A model generated the notes under the pieces. The model was given only the letters and a program-made list of their open reading frames with translations. It was not told the DNA's origin and ran no database searches. Shown here piece after piece: positions 57,991 through 64,000 of a stretch of DNA of 64,000 nt. The position numbers and the translations under genes were made by a program. Numbering within the stretch: the first letter of the stretch is position 1; every line of letters begins with the position of its first letter. The stretch comes from Alistipes sp. (GTDB lineage Bacteria > Bacteroidota > Bacteroidia > Bacteroidales > Rikenellaceae). The DNA is taken from assembly GCA_045540675.1 (NCBI GenBank), contig JAZQHQ010000001.1, positions 1,401 through 65,400 of the forward strand. The letters run 5' to 3'.

Positions 57991-58416
57991 TTAAATCTTT
58001 GCAACTCGACGCTCATGGCGACCACCCTCGAATTCGGTGTTGAGCCATTCGTCTAGTATGGCAATAGCCTCCTCGTTAGAGATGAAGCGAGCTGGCAATA
58101 CAAGCACATTGCTGTCGTTGTGAAGTCGTGTCATGTGTGCGATTTCGGGAATCCAGCAGAGTGAGGCGCGTATTTTTGCATGTTTATTCAGCGTCATAGC
58201 CATGCCTTCGCCCGAGCCGCAAATGCCTATGGCTCGTGGGAACTCCCCATTTTCGAGAGCCTCGGCCATAGGGTGAGCATAGTCTGGATAGTCGCAACTC
58301 TCCTCCGAGTGACAACCAAAATCGAACACCTCAAAACCCTTTGCCGAGAGGTAGCCGGTCAAAAACTCTTTCATGTCGTAGCCTGCATGGTCGCAAGCGA
58401 TACCAATTTTTCCCAT
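57991..58416 (-). CDS. rpiB: Ribose-5-phosphate isomerase B
   Basis: DHAG, ICGSGEG, HNDSNVL, GGRHERR. Confidence 0.95.
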   Translation of the reverse strand: MGKIGIACDHAGYDMKEFLTGYLSAKGFEVFDFGCHSEESCDYPDYAHPMAEALENGEFPRAIGICGSGEGMAMTLNKHAKIRASLCWIPEIAHMTRLHNDSNVLVLPARFISNEEAIAILDEWLNTEFEGGRHERRVAKI

Positions 58417-58489
58417 ATTGTTCTATTTTATATTTGATTAGTCACTTTTAACACACAAATATACAAATAATTTGTATTTTTGCGTCACG

Positions 58490-58861
58490 ATGAAGATATT
58501 TTTAATAATTGTTGGTTGCATATCACTTGCACTTGGTGTTACCGGAATGTTTCTTCCGATGCTGCCAACCACGCCATTTCTGCTACTCTCGGCAGCGGTA
58601 TGGGTTAAGGCTTCGCCTGCACTATACGAGTGGTTGCTTAATCATAAAGTATTTGGCGAGTATATCCGTAATTTTCGCGAACATCGTGCCATACCGTTAC
58701 GAGTAAAGATAATATCCGTGTCGATGGTGTGGATTACAATAGGTTACTGCATCTTTGCAGTGGTCAGTAAATGGTGGTGGGCGCAGGTGTTGATGTTTCT
58801 GCTTGCAGCTGCTATTTCGTGGCACATACTCTCTTTTGCGACTCTAAAAAGAAAGAGTTGA
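58490..58861 (+). CDS. YbaN/DUF454 family membrane protein
   Basis: LPMLPTTPFLLL, WLLNHKVFG. Confidence 0.88.
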   Translation: MKIFLIIVGCISLALGVTGMFLPMLPTTPFLLLSAAVWVKASPALYEWLLNHKVFGEYIRNFREHRAIPLRVKIISVSMVWITIGYCIFAVVSKWWWAQVLMFLLAAAISWHILSFATLKRKS

Positions 58862-58898
58862 GAACTTTCACTCTCAACTCTCAATTCTTAATTCTTAA

Positions 58899-60041
58899 CT
58901 ATATCTTGGTATCTACCGGATTGGCGTATATTCCAAGATAGACTTTTCGAGCAGTTTTCAGGTCAAGACCATACTCCAAGAAACGCGCTTCGGCATAAGC
59001 CATACGCCCCTTGAACTTCTTGACTGCCGCAGGGGTATAGTAGTCGGCATATTGCTTGCTACGATGCAGAATATCGTGTGCTATATAGTTGGTATCGTGC
59101 AACTTATAGTTTTTGTAGATGCGGTTGTCAATAATCTCTTTGAGCATCTTGTAGGCCTCTGCCTTTGGCAACTCTCCACACGCCTTCAACTCCTCGTGAG
59201 TGATAGGCTCGCAGATAGTGATATTTACATCGCCCTTTGGCATACGAATACCGTAAAGAATACTGTTCATATCCTCGTTTTTGCCTTTCTGGTATGTGCC
59301 TCCCATCATATTTACGGTGGTCTCAATAGCTTTCTTTATATCGCACGACTCATATTGGTAGGATATGGCAATAGGAGCGATGTTTATCTCGCTGAAATTC
59401 TCTACAAAGTCACTAGGACCACTTAAACTCAACATCTTTAACACTCCTTGGTCGGTAGCGTCAATGCCATCTTTGGTGCGACCGTTACGCTGTGAAATCC
59501 ACATCGATTTATTCTGCGACAAGTACCAACGAATATACTCGGCAAGGTGTTGTGAATTTTGCAAAAATTCGCGAGGCGAAATCTCGTCTGTCTTGCGAAT
59601 TACTCGCACAGCGCGGTTAATACGGCAGATATCTATCACAAATTGCGAGCGCAACAGATTGTCACCCAAAGTTGTTGCGGTAGTTGATAATCCGTGAGTG
59701 AAAAGAGTGTATTGCAACAACAACGAATCGAGTGTGATATCGCGGTGATTCGATATGTAGAGATATCCCTTGTTTTTGTCGATATGCTCAATGCCGGATG
59801 ATGTAAAATTCTCGATGGTAGCATCTATGATGCGCTTGATGATGCTCAACATTACGCGCTCCTGCATCTGATCTACTGTTTTGCAGGTGCGGACAACTTC
59901 GGCAATGCGCTCCATGTCTGCATCGGGGAAGGCGAAATTTACAGCCGGAACGAATGCCGGGTCATTCACTATACGCTCCAAAGCGGCGGGAATTTCGTCA
60001 TCGTTGTAGGGGCGTATATCGCTATATAAATCCTCTTTCAT
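58899..60041 (-). CDS. Glycerol-3-phosphate/PlsC-type acyltransferase
   Basis: SNHRDITLD (HxxxxD), WISQRNGRTKDG; likely start MKEDL at 60041. Confidence 0.88.
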   Translation of the reverse strand: MKEDLYSDIRPYNDDEIPAALERIVNDPAFVPAVNFAFPDADMERIAEVVRTCKTVDQMQERVMLSIIKRIIDATIENFTSSGIEHIDKNKGYLYISNHRDITLDSLLLQYTLFTHGLSTTATTLGDNLLRSQFVIDICRINRAVRVIRKTDEISPREFLQNSQHLAEYIRWYLSQNKSMWISQRNGRTKDGIDATDQGVLKMLSLSGPSDFVENFSEINIAPIAISYQYESCDIKKAIETTVNMMGGTYQKGKNEDMNSILYGIRMPKGDVNITICEPITHEELKACGELPKAEAYKMLKEIIDNRIYKNYKLHDTNYIAHDILHRSKQYADYYTPAAVKKFKGRMAYAEARFLEYGLDLKTARKVYLGIYANPVDTKI

Positions 60042-60215
60042 AACTTTCGTGAGTGAGAATGTTTTCACAAAGATAAGCAAAATTCCCCGAAAGAACAAAT
60101 TTTTTAATTTTTAATACAATGAGTAGTGAGTGGTGAAGAGTTGGTAGGAAAATAATTCTTAATACTCAATTTTTAATTTTTTAATTTTAATTAAAATTAC
60201 TATCTTTGCCCCGCT

Positions 60216-63173
60216 ATGATAAGAAGACATTTTTATTCATTACTAACCGGCTTGCTCCTCGCATGCGTCATGATGCCGAATTTGGCATTTGCGCAGGGCG
60301 GTACGGTCGTTACCGTGAGCGGTGTTGTAACCTCTGCCGAGGATAAACTGCCGCTGATAGGAGTTGCAGTTGTTACCGAGAAGATGCAAGGTACAACAAC
60401 TGCACTTGATGGAACCTACTCCATCAAAGTTGAAGCGGGTACAAAACTTTCATTTTCGTATTTGGGCTATCGCCAAGTGGATTGGGTTGTGCCGACAGGC
60501 AATGCCAATGTAACACACAATCTCGTTATGCAGAGCGACACCGAGTCTATCGATGATGTTGTGGTTATTGCGTACGGTGTTCGTAAGAAGGGTACTGTGG
60601 CAGGCTCCGTTTCGGCTGTCGAGATGGAGAATATCACCGATACCCCGACCGCAGCATTCGACCAAGCGTTGCAAGGACAGGTGGCAGGTTTGTCGGTTAT
60701 GTCCTCAACAGGAGAGCCGAGTGCTTCGGCGCAGTTGATGATTCGAGGCGTGAACTCCATCAATTCGGGTACAGCTCCACTCTACATCTTGGATGGTGTA
60801 CCTATCGAGAGTAGCGATTTCAACGCTATCAACCCTGCCGATATCGAGTCGTTGTCGGTCTTGAAGGATGCCGCTTCTACCTCTATCTATGGTGCGCGTG
60901 CAGCGAATGGTGTTATCGTTATCACTACCAAGCGTGGTGCAAAGGCTGACCGCCCTCGCATCGAGTATCGTATGCAACTCGGATTTTCGCAGATTGCAGG
61001 CGATAATTGGGATTTGATGAACACCGAGCAGCGTATTCAGTACGAGAAGGAGGTGGGGCTGACCGAAGGCAAGGATTATGATTTGTTGAGCAAGACCGAT
61101 GTCCGTTGGTTGGACGAAGTCTATAATAAGGCGGCTCTGTTGCAAAACTACGAACTTTCGATTTCGGGCGCAGACGATAAAACATCGTACTACATCTCGG
61201 GTGGTTACTACAATCAGGAGGGTACGGCTCTCGGCTCAGGATTTGCCCGTTTCTCGTTCCGTGCCAATTTGGAGCGTAAGGCTGCCAAATGGCTCAAAGT
61301 AGGAACAAATACAATGTTCAACTATCAGCAGATTCAGCAAGCTGATGAGGGTGCATATACTCTTGTTACCCCAATCTCGGCAGCTCGATTTATGTTGCCA
61401 TACTACTCGCCATATAAGGCAGACGGCTCGTTGGCATCTGTGAATGATGGCTCGTGGAAGGGTATCAAAGAGAATCCGCTCGAATGGATTAAGAATAATC
61501 CCGTAAACTTCAAAAAATATAAGTTGCTCTCGACATTCTTTGCCGAGGCTACACCTATTGAGGGTTTGTCGTTGCGCTCGCAGTTGGCGGTGGACTATTC
61601 GCACACTACGGGCTTCGGTATGTCGTATCCGAGCTACTTGCCAAATCAAGGACAAGGCTCGGCATCGCGCTCTTCAACCGATGGAGGCTCGCTGACAGTT
61701 ACCAATACGATAAACTATCGCTTCTCGAAGGATTATAAGCATAATTTCAATTTCCTCGTTGGTCAGGAGGGAATATCCTACCATTATGAAGCATTCAGCC
61801 TCTTGGCGCAAGGTCAGAATAACGACTTGCTGACAAATATATCTGCGGGAACGCGAGTAAGTTCGTGGAACGATACCACCGACTCGGACTATGGCTTCTT
61901 GTCATTCTTCGGTCGTGCAGAGTACAACTACGATAATCGCTACTTTGCCGAGATTGCGGCGCGTGCCGATGGCTCTTCGCGTTTCGGAAAGAATAACCGC
62001 TGGGCAGGTTTCTGGTCGTTGGGCTTTATGTGGAGTCTGCGTGACGAAGCATTTATGGAGTCTTCGCGCCGTTGGTTGACACACGCACAGATTTCGCTCT
62101 CGACAGGTACTTCGGGTAACTCTTCCATTCCAAACTATGAGCATTTGGCTCTCGTAGGCGGAGGTGTTAACTACGGAGGCGATGCAGGTATGGTCTTGCT
62201 GCAACCCGGTAACGATTCGCTCTCGTGGGAGAAACCTTGGACCTCGAACTTTGCTCTGCATTTCGGTTTCTGGCATCGTTTGACGGTCGATGTCGAGTTG
62301 TACTATAAGCGTACAACCGATATGCTGATGCAGGTGCCACTGCCATACTCGACTTCGGGCTTCGGATACAGATGGGATAATGTTGGTGCGATGGTGAATA
62401 AGGGAGTTGAGGTAAATCTCAACGGAACACTTATTCAGGCAAAGGATTTTGTTTGGAGTGTAAATGCCAACTTCTCGTACAATAATAACCGTATCACCGA
62501 ACTCTACAATGGTGTACAGGAGTATGAGTTGGCAAATACCAACACGAAGCTCGTGGTTGGTCACCCACTCGGTGAGTTCTACATCAACCGCTACGCAGGT
62601 GTAAACCCTGCCAACGGAGATGCTTTGTGGTACACCAAAGATGGCGAGATTACAAACAAGTTGCGCGATGAGGATAAGGTGCTTATAGGTAAGAGTTACT
62701 TTGCACCTTGGCAGGGAGGTTTCGGAACGGCTTTGTCGTGGAAGGGGCTCTCGTTTAGTGCGCAGTTTGCATGGGTAGCAGATCGCTGGATGATAAACAA
62801 CGACCGCTACTTCGATGAGTCGAATGGTCGCTTTATGTCGTACAACCAATCTGCTCGTCTGCTCGACCGCTGGAAGAAACCGGGCGATATTACCGATATC
62901 CCGCGTCACGGAGTATATACCGAGTTCGATAGTCGCTTGTTGGAGGATGCATCATTCCTTCGTTTGAAGAATGTAATGCTCTCGTATTCGTTCCCACAGG
63001 CATTGTTGCGCAAGAGCAAGGTATTCCAAGGCTTGCGTGTCTATGCACAGATACAAAATCCTCTAACCTTCACGAAATTCTCGGGATTAGATCCGGAAGG
63101 TACATCGAACATCTATCAGGCGCAGTACCCGATGGCTCGTCAATACACTTTCGGACTTGATATAACATTCTAA
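60216..63173 (+). CDS. SusC/RagA-family TonB-dependent outer membrane transporter
   Basis: LYILDGVP, VLKDAASTSIYGARAANGVIVITTKRG, terminal Phe. Confidence 0.97.
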   Translation: MIRRHFYSLLTGLLLACVMMPNLAFAQGGTVVTVSGVVTSAEDKLPLIGVAVVTEKMQGTTTALDGTYSIKVEAGTKLSFSYLGYRQVDWVVPTGNANVTHNLVMQSDTESIDDVVVIAYGVRKKGTVAGSVSAVEMENITDTPTAAFDQALQGQVAGLSVMSSTGEPSASAQLMIRGVNSINSGTAPLYILDGVPIESSDFNAINPADIESLSVLKDAASTSIYGARAANGVIVITTKRGAKADRPRIEYRMQLGFSQIAGDNWDLMNTEQRIQYEKEVGLTEGKDYDLLSKTDVRWLDEVYNKAALLQNYELSISGADDKTSYYISGGYYNQEGTALGSGFARFSFRANLERKAAKWLKVGTNTMFNYQQIQQADEGAYTLVTPISAARFMLPYYSPYKADGSLASVNDGSWKGIKENPLEWIKNNPVNFKKYKLLSTFFAEATPIEGLSLRSQLAVDYSHTTGFGMSYPSYLPNQGQGSASRSSTDGGSLTVTNTINYRFSKDYKHNFNFLVGQEGISYHYEAFSLLAQGQNNDLLTNISAGTRVSSWNDTTDSDYGFLSFFGRAEYNYDNRYFAEIAARADGSSRFGKNNRWAGFWSLGFMWSLRDEAFMESSRRWLTHAQISLSTGTSGNSSIPNYEHLALVGGGVNYGGDAGMVLLQPGNDSLSWEKPWTSNFALHFGFWHRLTVDVELYYKRTTDMLMQVPLPYSTSGFGYRWDNVGAMVNKGVEVNLNGTLIQAKDFVWSVNANFSYNNNRITELYNGVQEYELANTNTKLVVGHPLGEFYINRYAGVNPANGDALWYTKDGEITNKLRDEDKVLIGKSYFAPWQGGFGTALSWKGLSFSAQFAWVADRWMINNDRYFDESNGRFMSYNQSARLLDRWKKPGDITDIPRHGVYTEFDSRLLEDASFLRLKNVMLSYSFPQALLRKSKVFQGLRVYAQIQNPLTFTKFSGLDPEGTSNIYQAQYPMARQYTFGLDITF

Positions 63174-63178
63174 CGGCT

Positions 63179-64000
63179 ATGATGAAGAGTATAAGACAAA
63201 ATATCAAAGTATGCGCTGTTGCGATTGTTGCACTTTTGATGGCGACATCGTGTTTGGATAAGTATCCGGGTAGCGCGATACAGACCGAAAAGTCGATGAA
63301 AACATATAATGATGCTATTCAAATCAATACGGGAATCTACGCATTGTTGAAGAGCTCATCTCTCTACACGGGCTATCTTACATTGTTGCCCGATATCCAG
63401 ACCGATTTGGTGTATGCGATAGACGGATACAGCAATCAGATGGGAACATTCTGGTTGTGGCAAATACGCTCGACCACTTCGGAGTCGGAGGCGGTATATG
63501 CAGCACTCTACAATGTGATTTCCAACTGTAACTTCTTCCTCGAAAACATCGATGAGGTTAAGGCTAATACGATAGACGATAGGCAGCTCTCCGACCTTGA
63601 CTATTTTACGGGCGAGGTCTATGTGGTGAGAGCGTTGGCATACTCGGAGTTGATAAAGTTGTATTGTAAGGCGTACGACCCAGCTACTGCAAAGAGCGAG
63701 ATGGGCGTTGTGCTGCGTAAGTATTATTCGCAGGTTGAAGAGGCAAAACGCGCTTCGCTCTACGATTCGTATCAGTTCGTATTGGGCGATTTGGAGAAAG
63801 CAGAGGAGTTACTCGATAGCGAGTACGATGGCTATGGAAGTATCTACGCTACCAAGGCATTGGCAGAGGCGTTGCATGCACGCGTTGCACTTTATATGCA
63901 GGATTGGAAGACAGCAATCGACTATTCGACAAACCTTATCGAGAGCGATAGGTTTGCACTCTCTTCGGTTAATACCATGATATCGAGTACCGCATCTCAC
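63179..64000 (+). CDS. SusD/RagB-family lipoprotein, truncated at window edge
   Basis: Manual translation MMKSIRQ...ATSCLDKYP lipobox; LYNVISNCNFFLE and GEVYVVRALAYSELIKLY TPR-like SusD pattern; open to the window end. Confidence 0.9.
   Translation, partial: MMKSIRQNIKVCAVAIVALLMATSCLDKYPGSAIQTEKSMKTYNDAIQINTGIYALLKSSSLYTGYLTLLPDIQTDLVYAIDGYSNQMGTFWLWQIRSTTSESEAVYAALYNVISNCNFFLENIDEVKANTIDDRQLSDLDYFTGEVYVVRALAYSELIKLYCKAYDPATAKSEMGVVLRKYYSQVEEAKRASLYDSYQFVLGDLEKAEELLDSEYDGYGSIYATKALAEALHARVALYMQDWKTAIDYSTNLIESDRFALSSVNTMISSTASH

Overview
Chromosomal segment of a Bacteroidota bacterium, probably Rikenellaceae/Alistipes-like (inferred from TAnnTTTG promoters, a SusC/SusD pair and the Bat locus). 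Most of the window is housekeeping DNA: upp, hflX, TonB, rlmN, pnp, rpsO, tdk, moxR-bat, asnS, rpoN, glf, valS, mazG, panCD, thyA-folA, aroB, typA, xpt, rpiB, peptidases and glycoside hydrolases. A ~9.85 kb AT-rich integrative element sits at the 3' end of initiator tRNA-Met (core CAACTAAA at 7870-7877 and 17720-17727). It encodes a large serine recombinase (LSR), a small resolvase, a putative ADP-ribosyltransferase-fold protein with a small partner, a 1027-aa coiled-coil/LRR/C-type-lectin lipoprotein with a DGR-like variable end, a WYL_2-like protein, an XRE regulator and a Rep_trans-like initiator. Main highlights: (1) the attachment site lies inside the LSR gene, so excision would replace a 12-aa tRNA-antisense C-terminus with an in-frame 28-aa tail stored at the far end of the element, and a second decayed tail/att copy lies 288 bp further on; (2) a chromosomal LytS-type sensor kinase carries a Rho RNA-binding-domain-like OB fold in its predicted extracytoplasmic loop; (3) several families of intergenic palindromic repeats. 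All family assignments come from motif reading by eye; no database searches were run.
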